Below are positions 31,604-42,000 of a DNA stretch of 64,000 nucleotides, piece by piece. The notes beneath the pieces were generated by a model. That model was not told the origin of the DNA, made no database searches, and worked only from the letters and a program-made list of their open reading frames with translations. Position 1 is the stretch's first letter. Each line of letters opens with the position of its first letter. The translations under genes were made by a program, and so were the position numbers. Source of the stretch: Alphaproteobacteria bacterium (GTDB lineage: Bacteria > Pseudomonadota > Alphaproteobacteria > SHVV01); NCBI GenBank assembly GCA_965261735.1, contig OZ253470.1, positions 1,536,001-1,600,000 on the forward strand, given 5' to 3'.

Positions 31604-32708
31604 CTTTCCTATCCGGTTTACACCCACACCCACTAGGGCTAGAATGGGCGCAACCCGGATATAGGGGAGCGCGCCATGGATGTTCTCGACCGCGCCGATC
31701 TCCCATTCCCGCATTCGCTACCCGAGTTCCAGCGACTTTTCCCCGATGATGCGGCCTGCGCCGCCTACCTGGAGAAAGCCCGCTGGGGAGACGGCTTTGC
31801 CTGCCCGCACTGCGGCACGGCGGGAGAGCCGTTCCACTTTGAAAACCGCCCTGGCGTCCTGCGCTGCCGCAAGTGCCGCCAGAACACCGGGCTGACGGTG
31901 GGAACAGTGATGGAGCGTAGCCACACTCCGCTGAACGTCTGGTTCTGGGCCGCTTATCTGGTCGCCAGTCAGACGCCCGGCATGTCCGCCGTGCAGTTTC
32001 AGCGGCAACTTGGTCTTTCGCGCTACGAGACGGCCTTTCAAATTCTCCACAAGCTCCGCTCGGGCATGGTGCGGCCCAACCAAGACAGGATCGGTGGACA
32101 GCCCAAGAACCATGTTGAGGTGGACGAAACCTGGGTTGGCGGGCGAACGCGTGGGGAAGGCCGTGGTGTTCACCACAAGGTTCCCGTCTCCTGTGCCATC
32201 GAGGTGCGTCATCGAAAGCCGGGCACCAAGCTCGACAACCGGAAAGACGGACGCTATGCCGGACGCGTTCGGCTCGCCGTCGTGCTCGACCGTAGCGCCG
32301 AGTCGCTCTGTGGGTTCGTCGAGAGCACCGTCGCGCCGCGATCGCTGATCGTTACTGACGATTGGAGCGGCTATGCTGGCCTCGGTAAGCGCGGCTATGA
32401 GCACTTCGCTGTTGCCGAGTGTGGTGATCCAGAGGTTGCCGAGCAATACCTGCCGATCATCCATCTGGTTTTCGCCAACCTGAAGACGTGGCTGATCGAT
32501 ATCCACCACGGCGTTAGCCACCAGCACCTACAAGCCTACCTCAACGAGTTCACCTTCCGCTTCAACAGGCGGTTCTACCCGTTCAACGCCTTCCGCTCAT
32601 TGCTCGGCATCGCGGGCGACACCTCTGCTCCAACCTATGCCGAGCTTTACTCGGGAGAGTGGCGGCACCCTACATGTAGCGGTCATGGGCGTTAACCGGA
32701 TAGGCAAG
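31604..32708 (+). mobile_element. IS1595 family element, copy 2, no target duplication
   Basis: 1105 bp; flanks CATTCTCC / CATCGATT differ. Confidence 0.92.
31676..32695 (+). CDS. IS1595 family transposase
   Basis: One substitution (G>D) relative to the other copies. Confidence 0.93.
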   Translation: MDVLDRADLPFPHSLPEFQRLFPDDAACAAYLEKARWGDGFACPHCGTAGEPFHFENRPGVLRCRKCRQNTGLTVGTVMERSHTPLNVWFWAAYLVASQTPGMSAVQFQRQLGLSRYETAFQILHKLRSGMVRPNQDRIGGQPKNHVEVDETWVGGRTRGEGRGVHHKVPVSCAIEVRHRKPGTKLDNRKDGRYAGRVRLAVVLDRSAESLCGFVESTVAPRSLIVTDDWSGYAGLGKRGYEHFAVAECGDPEVAEQYLPIIHLVFANLKTWLIDIHHGVSHQHLQAYLNEFTFRFNRRFYPFNAFRSLLGIAGDTSAPTYAELYSGEWRHPTCSGHGR

Positions 32709-32740
32709 CATCGATTTTATCGAGATTCGCGATGTCCTAG

Positions 32741-34113
32741 CAGGGTGCTGAAAAAGTCATCATTGCCGGGCCTTGAACTCGGATTCATCGCCGAAATGAA
32801 ATGAGATTTCGTGTCTTAGGGTGAAACCGTCTTCAATCTCGACCGATCCGATGCCCTGGGCTTCGTCCAGTTCGATGATCTGCCACTTTGCGGTCAGCGG
32901 CGTGCCGGTATCGCCCGTCATGTTGGCGCCTCCGCCAGCAGTCTGGGTAGTCGGACGAGGTTGTAGGCGGCCAAGGCCAGGGTGAACGAAGCGTCGACCC
33001 GGTGGCGGCCCCGGAATTTGGTCTTGCTCAATCCCGCGCTCGTCTTGACCCAGCCGAAGACCTCCTCGATGCGCTTGCGGCAACGTTGGCTGACGCCGTA
33101 ACCGGGATGGCGCGTCGTGCGCCCGTCTATCTTGGTCTTGCGCCGCTTGCCGGTCTTGGTGACGTGGTCCTGGACGGCGATATGGGGGGTCACCTTGCGG
33201 TGCCGCAGTTCCTCGACAAAATCCGCGACGTCAAAACCCTTGTCCCCGCCCACCGTGATCCGACGCCGCCCGCCTCTACTCTCCACCGGGCGATGCCTGT
33301 CGATCAGATCAAGGGCGGCTTCGCGTTCCGCCGTGCCCGACGCAATGGTCACGCCGCCGCCGACTGCCAGACCATGGCGGTTCTCCGTCAGCGCATGGCC
33401 CATGTAACACAGCTTGCTTTCCCGGCCATTACCCTTGCGATAAAGCCGGGCGTCCGGATCAGTGGTGCTTGCATGGGTCGCGTTCGAGCGTTTCTCGCCA
33501 TGAAAATCCCGCGCGGCGTTGCGCCCCGATCCCCCGTCGCCATCGTCCTCACCTTTGGGACGAAAGCTCTTCATCGACGCCCAGGCCTCGATCAATGTTC
33601 CGTCTACCGAAAAATGATCCCGGCTCAATAGTCCCCCTACCTTGTGGTGCTGGATAACCCCCGCAAGCAGCTGCCCCGAAACCTCCGCCTCCAGAAGACG
33701 GTCCCGGTTGTGGCAGAACGCGCTGGCGTCCCACACGCCATCGTCCAGCCCAAGCCCCACAAACCAGCAAAACAGCATGTTGAAGTTTAGCTGCTCCATC
33801 AGCTGACGCTCCGAGCGGATCGAATAAAACGCTTGCAACAGTAACGCTCGAAGAAGCTTCTCCGGCGGGATCGATGGGCGACCCATGTGGGAATAAAGCG
33901 TCTCGAACTCCGAAGATAGAGACCCCAATACGTCGTTCACGATCTCACGGATCAGACGCAGCGGATGATCATCCGGAACACGCTCTTCCAAGTCTACGTA
34001 GCTGAATAAATTGCCACTGCTTTGATCTCGACCCCGCATGCCATCCTCCATCACTCGAAGGAATCACAGAATCATGTCACAACTGCAAAGGCGAGGACTT
34101 TTTCAGCAGCCTG
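32741..34113 (-). mobile_element. IS5 family element, copy 2
   Basis: Near-identical to 6601-7973; CTAG on both sides. Confidence 0.95.
32918..34054 (-). CDS. IS5 family DDE transposase
   Basis: Same protein as 6778-7914. Confidence 0.93.
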   Translation of the reverse strand: MMEDGMRGRDQSSGNLFSYVDLEERVPDDHPLRLIREIVNDVLGSLSSEFETLYSHMGRPSIPPEKLLRALLLQAFYSIRSERQLMEQLNFNMLFCWFVGLGLDDGVWDASAFCHNRDRLLEAEVSGQLLAGVIQHHKVGGLLSRDHFSVDGTLIEAWASMKSFRPKGEDDGDGGSGRNAARDFHGEKRSNATHASTTDPDARLYRKGNGRESKLCYMGHALTENRHGLAVGGGVTIASGTAEREAALDLIDRHRPVESRGGRRRITVGGDKGFDVADFVEELRHRKVTPHIAVQDHVTKTGKRRKTKIDGRTTRHPGYGVSQRCRKRIEEVFGWVKTSAGLSKTKFRGRHRVDASFTLALAAYNLVRLPRLLAEAPT

Positions 34114-34263
34114 CTAGCCCAACCCTAAACCGGAACCGCGATGGCCTCCGCTGTGGATAGCCGGCTTGCCTACGCCAGACTCTCGGCGGTCGCTACGGCA
34201 AGCCGCCTACCCACAGCTAACAGAGGCTCCAACAACTCCTACACCACGTCCTGGGACACGACC
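34114..34263 (-). mobile_element. IS256 left-end remnant
   Basis: Identical to 61246-61395. Confidence 0.9.
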
Positions 34264-34825
34264 TGACTGTCCCAGACAACCAAGTTTGGAAGTTATCAGA
34301 GAACAGGATCGTTTGATCGCGCATTTTGTTGCCGGCACGACAGCACGAACGGCAGCGCGTCTATGTGGTCTGAACCGCAAGACGGAGGCTTTCTATTTCC
34401 ACCGGCTTCGCGAGATCATCGCCCTTGAGCTGGTCGTTCTTGCCGTGCATGAGTTCTGGTCGGGTCGGTCTTCCGTTCGGCCGGTTTCGACTGCACGGAC
34501 GCTTTCATTCGAAGCTCTTGCCCACGAGCCGGGATCGTCGGGTCGCGTCTTCGTTCCCGATGAGAATGCGCTGGCAGATCTGCTGCTCAAGATCGAGGAG
34601 GCAAACCGCGGCTCGGCAGGATATCGAAGATGGGCCAGCGCGATCTCAAGTGCCTCATGATCACGGGCGCCATGGCTGTCGTCAACTGGGCCGTCCGGCG
34701 CGACGAGACGACGGACCCCTGGCTGGACAGGGAGGCCCGTGGTTGCGCGATCTGGAGATCATGGACAAGGCGACCCATCCGCCGCCACGCTGCAAGGAGG
34801 GCGCTTTGGTCGAGGCGATGCAACA
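34264..34825 (+). pseudogene. Mosaic of gene fragments (IS1016-like transposase, DUF4007-like, IS110 transposase, topoisomerase III-like)
   Basis: QDRLIAHFVAGTTARTAA...FYFHRLREII; TLSFEALAHEPGSSGRVF..DENALADLL; ISKMGQRDL..LMITGAM (aligns to 9320-9425); DKATHPPPR..EGALVEAMQ. Confidence 0.55.
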
Positions 34826-34864
34826 TCGGTGGTGCTCGCCGATCCCCGATGGCATTCTCGCGCG

Positions 34865-35524
34865 ATGAGCGAGCCCACTCCGGTGCAAAACGCGGTGCAG
34901 GCGCAAAAAGTCGCGGCCATTACCATCGCGGAATATGACCGTATGGCAGCGGCTTACCGTCGCGGCACGGCCGACCACGACGTCAGCCAGAACATCGCGG
35001 CCCTGCTCGAAGCAATCGAAGGCGCGGCGCCCCACATCATTCTCGATCTAGGCTGCGGGCCCGGCCGGGATCTCCGCCGGTTCACCGCGCTCGGCCACGA
35101 GGCGCTCGGCCTCGACGGATCGGCCGAGCTCGCCGCCATGGCGCGCGCCAAGACGGATTGTGAGGTGCTGCACCAAGACTTTCTCGCGCTTGACCTGCCA
35201 TCCGCCCGCTTCGACGGGATCTTCGCAAATGCCTCGCTGTTCCACGTGCCGAGCAGCCAGCTGGCCCGGGTCCTTGGCGACCTCGCCGCGACCCTCAAAC
35301 CCAGCGGTGTCCTGTTCTGCTCGAACCCGCGGGGCGACAACGAGGAAGGCTGGGCCGGTGGGCGCTACGGCTGCTTCCATGATCTCGAAACGTGGCGCGC
35401 CTACGTCACCGCCGCGGGCTTTCTGGAACTACACCACTATTATCGCCCGCCGGGCCGGCCGCGGGCGCAGCAGCCGTGGCTCGCCACGGTCTGGCGCAAG
35501 AGCTCGGTGAATCATGCCCAATAG
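34865..35524 (+). CDS. Class I SAM-dependent methyltransferase
   Basis: ILDLGCGPGRD, FDGIFANASLFHVP. Confidence 0.88.
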   Translation: MSEPTPVQNAVQAQKVAAITIAEYDRMAAAYRRGTADHDVSQNIAALLEAIEGAAPHIILDLGCGPGRDLRRFTALGHEALGLDGSAELAAMARAKTDCEVLHQDFLALDLPSARFDGIFANASLFHVPSSQLARVLGDLAATLKPSGVLFCSNPRGDNEEGWAGGRYGCFHDLETWRAYVTAAGFLELHHYYRPPGRPRAQQPWLATVWRKSSVNHAQ

Positions 35525-35559
35525 CGGCCCGTCACGCCGATGACAACCGACGCGATTCC

Positions 35560-35715
35560 CACCACCCATGCTGCCGTCGGGTGTGCCGTCACGCCAAAGT
35601 GAACGCTCTGCCTGCGTTCGTGGTGCAAAACGATGAAGACCATGAGAAGCCGGAACGTGGCGGTCGGCAAGACGAAGAAATCGATCGAAGCAAGAGCCTT
35701 CGAATGGTTGTCCGA
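35560..35715 (-). pseudogene. rve-type integrase core fragment
   Basis: Minus-strand translation NHSKALASIDFFVLPTATFRLLMVFIVLHHERRQSVHFGVTAHPTAAWV. Confidence 0.6.
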
Positions 35716-35753
35716 TGTAGGGTCGTCGTCAGGAACGGTCGAAGAAGGGACGG

Positions 35754-36602
35754 GTGATGGACGGCAAGCTGTGCATCGTCACCGGCGCCACGGACGGAAT
35801 CGGCCGAGTCACGGCACGGGTACTGGCGGAGAGGGGGGCCGAAGTCGTACTCGTCGGGCGGACCGCGGACAAGGGCGCGGAGGTCTGCGAGGCGATCCGG
35901 CGGCCTTCGCGCAACGGCCGGGTGCGCTTCGAGCAGGCCGATCTCTCTAGCCAAGCCGAGATCCGAGCACTGGTGGAGCGCCTTACCGCGGGCAGCGCGG
36001 CGATCGATGTTCTCGTCAACAACGTGGGCGCCGTTTTCACCGACCGTCGCGAGAGCGTCGACGGGATCGAGATGACTTTCGCGCTCAACCATCTAGGCTA
36101 TTTTCTGCTGACCGGGCTGTTGCTAGAGCGTCTGCAGGCGAACGGCGGCGGGCGCATCGTCAATGTCGCCTCCGAGGCCCATCGCGGCGCGCGGATGGAC
36201 CTGGAGGACCCGCAAGGGAGGAAGCGCTATAGCGGTTGGCGCACCTACCGGCGGAGTAAGCTCGCCAACATTCTCTTCACCTATCGCCTCGCGGCGCTGC
36301 TAGTGGATAGGTCGGTCACGGTGAACTGCCTACACCCCGGTTTCGTCGCCAGCAGGTTCGGCCACAACAATGGCTGGCTCTTCGTCGCGGCGCTAAAAGC
36401 TGCGATGCGGTTGTCTGCGATCGACACCGAGGCCGGCGCACGCACCAGTGTCCATCTTGCGACGAGCGCCGATGTAGCGGGCGTGTCTGGCCGCTATTTC
36501 GACGAGTGCCGCGCGACTGCGAGTTCACCCGCCTCTCACGATGAGGAAGTCGGTCGGCGACTGTGGGACATGAGTGAGAGCCTAACAGGCCACCGCTACT
36601 GA
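35754..36602 (+). CDS. SDR family oxidoreductase (retinol dehydrogenase-like)
   Basis: TGATDGIG, FALNHLGYF, YRRSKLAN, LHPGFV. Confidence 0.9.
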   Translation: MMDGKLCIVTGATDGIGRVTARVLAERGAEVVLVGRTADKGAEVCEAIRRPSRNGRVRFEQADLSSQAEIRALVERLTAGSAAIDVLVNNVGAVFTDRRESVDGIEMTFALNHLGYFLLTGLLLERLQANGGGRIVNVASEAHRGARMDLEDPQGRKRYSGWRTYRRSKLANILFTYRLAALLVDRSVTVNCLHPGFVASRFGHNNGWLFVAALKAAMRLSAIDTEAGARTSVHLATSADVAGVSGRYFDECRATASSPASHDEEVGRRLWDMSESLTGHRY

Positions 36603-36683
36603 CCGTGCGTCACTTTATTCAGGGATTTATATCGGATAGTGCCGAGCGGCCATGCCGGTCGTGGTCCGGCCATAGCTTCTTCG

Positions 36684-37022
36684 TTACGGCCGACACCGCA
36701 ATGAAAACGGATCGTCGACGGGCCCTGGCAGTGGATCGAACCTCCGGTCGTTGGGAAATGGATCGTACCTGTACTGCCGCCGCGACAACGGATGACCGCC
36801 GGTGCCCCAGGTCACTTCGTCGCGCCAGGGGCCGTCCTGCTTGTAAGAGTAAAACTCGCTTGAGACTGGGTGCTTCCCGCTCCCGAGCGTGATCTTGAAC
36901 CCGACACCCTCCCTGTCCGCGCCAAGCCCAACGTGGACGAACGACAGCGACAGCACCACCACCACGGCCAGGAGCGCTGGCAGCAGGCGCTTCATAACCA
37001 TGAGCATCTGCTTCTGTGCCAT
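36684..37022 (-). CDS. Hypothetical exported protein
   Basis: Hydrophobic signal-like N-terminus; RBS GGAGGAG before ATG. Confidence 0.45.
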   Translation of the reverse strand: MAQKQMLMVMKRLLPALLAVVVVLSLSFVHVGLGADREGVGFKITLGSGKHPVSSEFYSYKQDGPWRDEVTWGTGGHPLSRRQYRYDPFPNDRRFDPLPGPVDDPFSLRCRP

Positions 37023-37120
37023 ATGATCTCCTCCCTATGGCACGACATGGCGACTCAGCCTGAATCCCCTCAAGGCACTATCGTATAAAATTCCCTAACG
37101 AATGGGAGCAGGTCAACCAC

Positions 37121-37903
37121 GTGTTCTTTCCCTATCGAGACGACAACCCTCGCCATCACGGTCTACCACTGGCAACGCTCGCCATCATTGGCATCAGCAC
37201 GGCGGTTTATGTGCTGGTTCAACTCCCGCTGGGACCGTATGAAGGGCAAGCCTATGCGCTGAGCTTCGGCTTCATTCCAGCCGTGTTCTTTGGAGAGGCC
37301 GAATTAGTCAGCGAACTGTCGCGGGTTCCCTCTACGGCCACGCTGTTCACCAGTATGTTCTCGCATGGTGGGCTGATGCACCTAGTAGGCAACATGTGGT
37401 TCCTCTGGCTTTACGGCGACAACGTCGAGGATGCCATGGGGCGGTTCCGCTACCTGCTCTTCTACTTGATATGCGGCTGCGTTGGAACGCTCGCCCATGC
37501 AGGGTTGAACCCGGCCAGCCAAGTTCCCCTGGTTGGTGCTTCCGGTGCTATTAGCGGCGTGATCGCTGCCTATATCCTGATCTGGCCCCGCGCCAACATC
37601 CGCGTATTTTATTGGTTTTTCATCTTCATCGGCACGATCAGTGTGCCTGCCTTCGTGGTGCTCGGCCTGTGGTTCGTCGAACAGATTATAGCTCTGCCGG
37701 CGGCGATGAAGGCTCAGGGGGGCGTCGCAATCCTTGCCCATCTGGGCGGTTTTGCCGCCGGGCTTGCCCTGACCCCGTTTCTTAAACGCCGCGGCGTCAC
37801 GCTGTTTCAATCACCGCACAGCACTGCCTTCGCCTACAGTCGGGCTGGAACCATCCGGCGAAGGAGCGGGTCCGTGCCCGAGACGCGACGAAAGCGAGAC
37901 TGA
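37121..37903 (+). CDS. Rhomboid family intramembrane serine protease
   Basis: HLVGNMWFL, GASGAISG, AHLGGF. Confidence 0.92.
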   Translation: MFFPYRDDNPRHHGLPLATLAIIGISTAVYVLVQLPLGPYEGQAYALSFGFIPAVFFGEAELVSELSRVPSTATLFTSMFSHGGLMHLVGNMWFLWLYGDNVEDAMGRFRYLLFYLICGCVGTLAHAGLNPASQVPLVGASGAISGVIAAYILIWPRANIRVFYWFFIFIGTISVPAFVVLGLWFVEQIIALPAAMKAQGGVAILAHLGGFAAGLALTPFLKRRGVTLFQSPHSTAFAYSRAGTIRRRSGSVPETRRKRD

Positions 37904-38136
37904 GCCGGCGACATCAGTATCCCCACAATTGCTCATCTGAACGCTCGAAGCTCGTAGCCGCCGAGCAGCGGCGATATCGCATGGGGTCATGTCGCCCGAA
38001 CTCCCGCAGCGTAAAGGTTGGTCCGTGGAGCACGTTGCGAGACATGATGGGCAAAGCGAAGATTCCCTTGCTTGGCCGGTGCGTTTACTTCTGCCCGCCA
38101 CCTTCGGCGACTATTGGAACTGGAGCGCCCGGCGTC

Positions 38137-38800
38137 CTATCCGTCCATGGCCTGCTTGAGAGACGATGCGATGCGCTCCGATGCTTTCTGCAGGGGATCG
38201 TCGGCGAGATGGGCGTAGCGCGCGGTGGTCTGGGCCTGGGTGTGGCCGAGGATTCTCCCAACCATCGGCAAGCTCTCGCCCCCCATCACCGCCTCCGAGG
38301 CAAACGTGTGTCGGAGATCGTGGATGCGCACATCGCCGAGCCCGGCCGCCTTGCGCACCCGCCGCCACGGCTTCTGCAGATCGGTCAGATGCGCGCCTTC
38401 GGCGGTCCCGGTGATGACATAGGGATTACCCTCGACCCGCTTGGCAGTAGCCAGCACCTCGAGCGCAGGCCGGTTGAGGGGGATCGTCTTGGCGCCGGTC
38501 TTGGAATCAGGCAGGTGGATGCGGTCTCCCCGGATATGCTCCCACTTCAGGGTCTGAATCTCCATCAGACGCGCCCCGGTGTAGAGCAGCAGCCGGAACG
38601 CCGTCACCGCCGAAGGGGCAAAGGACTCCTCCTCGTCCAAGGCCCCGCCCAGACGCGCCAGCTCTTCCGCCGTCAGGAACCGCTCGCGCTTGCGCTCCTT
38701 GTACTTGCGGATGTGGTAGCAGGGATTGGAGCGGTCCGGCCGCAGGCCCCAGGCTTCGGCCAGGTTCATCATCTTGGACACTACGCCCAGCGTCCGGTTG
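38137..38800 (-). pseudogene. Tyrosine integrase, catalytic domain only (5'-truncated)
   Basis: TGAR, HDLRHTFAS, ILGH, RYAH; arm- and core-binding domains missing. Confidence 0.85.
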
Positions 38801-38834
38801 CGGAGCGACTGCTACGTCACTTCGAGGATCAGTC

Positions 38835-39939
38835 CTTGCCTATCCGGTTAACGCCCATGACCGCTACATGTAGGGTGCCGCCACTCTCCCGAGTAAAGCT
38901 CGGCATAGGTTGGAGCAGAGGTGTCGCCCGCGATGCCGAGCAATGAGCGGAAGGCGTTGAACGGGTAGAACCGCCTGTTGAAGCGGAAGGTGAACTCGTT
39001 GAGGTAGGCTTGTAGGTGCTGGTGGCTAACGCCGTGGTGGATACCGATCAGCCACGTCTTCAGGTTGGCGAAAACCAGATGGATGATCGGCAGGTATTGC
39101 TCGGCAACCTCTGGATCACCACACTCGGCAACAGCGAAGTGCTCATAGCCGCGCTTACCGAGGCCAGCATAGCCGCTCCAATCGTCAGTAACGATCAGCG
39201 ATCGCGGCGCGACGGTGCTCTCGACGAACCCACAGAGCGACTCGGCGCTACGGTCGAGCACGACGGCGAGCCGAACGCGTCCGGCATAGCGTCCGTCTTT
39301 CCGGTTGTCGAGCTTGGTGCCCGGCTTTCGATGACGCACCTCGATGGCACAGGAGACGGGAACCTTGTGGTGAACACCACGGCCTTCCCCACGCGTTCGC
39401 CCGCCAACCCAGGTTTCGTCCACCTCAACATGGTTCTTGGGCTGTCCACCGATCCTGTCTTGGTTGGGCCGCACCATGCCCGAGCGGAGCTTGTGGAGAA
39501 TTTGAAAGGCCGTCTCGTAGCGCGAAAGACCAAGTTGCCGCTGAAACTGCACGGCGGACATGCCGGGCGTCTGACTGGCGACCAGATAAGCGGCCCAGAA
39601 CCAGACGTTCAGCGGAGTGTGGCTACGCTCCATCACTGTTCCCACCGTCAGCCCGGTGTTCTGGCGGCACTTGCGGCAGCGCAGGACGCCAGGGCGGTTT
39701 TCAAAGTGGAACGGCTCTCCCGCCGTGCCGCAGTGCGGGCAGGCAAAGCCGTCTCCCCAGCGGGCTTTCTCCAGGTAGGCGGCGCAGGCCGCATCATCGG
39801 GGAAAAGTCGCTGGAACTCGGGTAGCGAATGCGGGAATGGGAGATCGGCGCGGTCGAGAACATCCATGGCGCGCTCCCCTATATCCGGGTTGCGCCCATT
39901 CTAGCCCTAGTGGGTGTGGGTGTAAACCGGATAGGCAAG
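38835..39939 (-). mobile_element. IS1595 family element, copy 3
   Basis: 1105 bp; perfect 8-bp DR GATCAGTC (38827-38834, 39940-39947). Confidence 0.95.
38848..39867 (-). CDS. IS1595 family transposase
   Basis: Same protein as 14357-15376. Confidence 0.93.
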   Translation of the reverse strand: MDVLDRADLPFPHSLPEFQRLFPDDAACAAYLEKARWGDGFACPHCGTAGEPFHFENRPGVLRCRKCRQNTGLTVGTVMERSHTPLNVWFWAAYLVASQTPGMSAVQFQRQLGLSRYETAFQILHKLRSGMVRPNQDRIGGQPKNHVEVDETWVGGRTRGEGRGVHHKVPVSCAIEVRHRKPGTKLDNRKDGRYAGRVRLAVVLDRSAESLCGFVESTVAPRSLIVTDDWSGYAGLGKRGYEHFAVAECGDPEVAEQYLPIIHLVFANLKTWLIGIHHGVSHQHLQAYLNEFTFRFNRRFYPFNAFRSLLGIAGDTSAPTYAELYSGEWRHPTCSGHGR

Positions 39940-41150
39940 GATCAGTCATTCAAGGCTAAGTTGCTGGGCACGGACCGGCTGCGGGAGATGGCAAATCCAG
40001 GGCAGCTCGGACGCTCGTATGGTGACCACTTCGCCGCTGGATACCCGAAGAGCAGCTTCGAGCACCTGCGCCAGGCGGGCGGGGAAGGATCGGGCGTCGA
40101 TACCTTTCTGTTGCTTGAAGACAGACTGGACCTCCGCATCCGCGTTGAAGCGACGCTGAGCCCTCTCTTCGACCGCGACGTAGTGCTGGACTGGGATTCC
40201 GGTAGCCTCGTGCCGAAGGCGGCGATGCGGAAAAGTGGAGAGTCTTATCGCCTAGATCGTGACGAGTGTCACGGCATTAAGGAGCTCTTGGTTCTTCTCA
40301 CGCACTTGTACGATGAGCGGCACGACTACCTGATCGTCGATGAGCCGGAACTCAATTTGCATCCGCAGTATCAAACGTTCTTCATGCAGGAGGTGCGCAA
40401 GGTTACCCAAAAGCAGGATGCGAGCGGAACCGCGAAAATCGTCTTCCTGATCACGCACTCGCCGTTCATACTGGTTTTGCGGTCGCACGATGACGTCAAG
40501 TCCGTGATATCGTTCGATCTCTAATATTCCGTCCCCAGGCAGGTTGTCCGTAGGAGCCCCGACGTGGCTTCGGAGTTGGTCGCGACCGGGCGACTGAACG
40601 CGCACCACAAACAGCTCTTCTTCTCGGACGATCCCATATTCGTGGAAGGGCACCACGACGCGCTGATGATCGAGTCTCTAATGGAGGCACGCGGCGTCTC
40701 GGCCGCAGCTGCCGGTAGCTGCATCATCGAATGTGGGGGCGTAGAGGAAGTAACCCACTACCTGAAGCTCTGGCAAGCGCTAGGGAAGAGGGCTCATTTC
40801 GTCTATGACCTTGACAGCCTCTTCAAAGGCCGACTTCGGTCGTGTATTGGCAATGACAACATCGATACCCTGACCGCTGAAGGCGACGAAAGGCGTAGCA
40901 ATGCTTGCCCTTCAGGTGGGCTGCTGGGCTGGTGACCTCCAACTATTGTAACTAGCCTTGACCTAACATTGCCTCCGAAATCCGGATCAGGTCGTTCTTC
41001 AGCTATGCGGCTTGACCGATGGTCATGTCCCGAATCTCACTGTCGGTGTGGTTCAGAGAAACTACCAATCTATGCTGCAGAAGTTGCATAGCTTTGCGTT
41101 GCTGACGCACCGGGATCCCGCGGTGCCAGCCTGTTGATAATGATCGCGTT

Positions 41151-41471
41151 CTATTCGATCGAAACCTGCGTTTTGGCTTCCTCGAGCAGGCGGGTCATCT
41201 CGTGACGCACTTTGTGCTCGTCCGTTGCGATCCCTTTGTCGGTCAGGTCGCCGAGCACCTTCCGCAACACATCGGCATCTCCCGGCTCTTCAAAATCGGC
41301 GATCACGACCTGCTTGGCGTAGGCTTCGGCATCCGCGCCTGAAATGCCCATTTGCTCCGCTGCCCACAGGCCGAGCAGCTTGTTGCGCCGCGCGATGGTC
41401 TTGAACTGGAACTCCTGATCATGCGCGAACTTGGCTTCGGCGGCTGTTTTGCGGTCATCAAAGGCGGTCAT
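41151..41471 (-). CDS. DUF1476 protein (F1FO-ATPase inhibitor zeta subunit family)
   Basis: MTAFDDR...EAKFAHDQE.QFK..ARRNKLLGLWAAE...ADFEEPGD.DVLRKV. Confidence 0.88.
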   Translation of the reverse strand: MTAFDDRKTAAEAKFAHDQEFQFKTIARRNKLLGLWAAEQMGISGADAEAYAKQVVIADFEEPGDADVLRKVLGDLTDKGIATDEHKVRHEMTRLLEEAKTQVSIE

Positions 41472-41803
41472 CGATTGGGCTCCTCAACTTCAGAAGACGG
41501 GGTCCACGCTTTATCCGCCTTTTCATTCTTGTATGCGATGAAGCCCGACGCACCCTTGCCTTTGGCGCGGCGTAATGTGTACCCATGATTGCCGAGTTTG
41601 AACTTCGGGTCATTCTCAAAGCCCGCGAGAGCCTCAACGATCTTCATCGCCACGGGATCTGGCTTGCTCTTGGCTTGTGAGGCAGCCTCCCGCGCCAGCC
41701 ACCTTGCGAAGACCTCTTCGGCGAGGTCGTCGCCGACAGATTTTCGAAGCGCGTTCAATTTTCTCACCAGACCTTTTGTGAATCCGGTCTCATCGATAGC
41801 CAT
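41468..41803 (-). CDS. Hypothetical protein
   Basis: Plausible composition; stop overlaps the DUF1476 start (ATGA). Confidence 0.55.
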   Translation of the reverse strand: MAIDETGFTKGLVRKLNALRKSVGDDLAEEVFARWLAREAASQAKSKPDPVAMKIVEALAGFENDPKFKLGNHGYTLRRAKGKGASGFIAYKNEKADKAWTPSSEVEEPNR

Positions 41804-42000
41804 TTCCTGAACCTCGCATTTCAAGCCTCTTATACTGTCGCGTGGCCCGGCTGGTGCAACTGATTTCCACTGTTACACGCCAGCTTGCCGTTTCCCTTTT
41901 CACGTCGTTCTACTTGAACCGATGTGCTGGATGTATTCTACCGCCAAACCAAGTTAATCGCCGCCGGCGCCGATAAGGGAAATTTACAGGCCATTGCCTG

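Larger units (their letters stand above)
38800..40935 (+). pseudogene. OLD-family ATP-dependent nuclease (ABC-type ATPase + TOPRIM); truncated, IS-interrupted, internal TAA
   Basis: HFEDQS|FKAK rejoins across the IS; IVDEPELNLHP, ITHSP, TAA 40522-40524, then FVEGHHD, CGG, YDLD; Walker A missing. Confidence 0.72.

Noticed and set aside
41880-42000. LexA/SOS box upstream of the umuD-like gene
   Set aside because: No GTTC-N7-GTTC found; only a short GTTC-N5-GAAC palindrome of unknown meaning.
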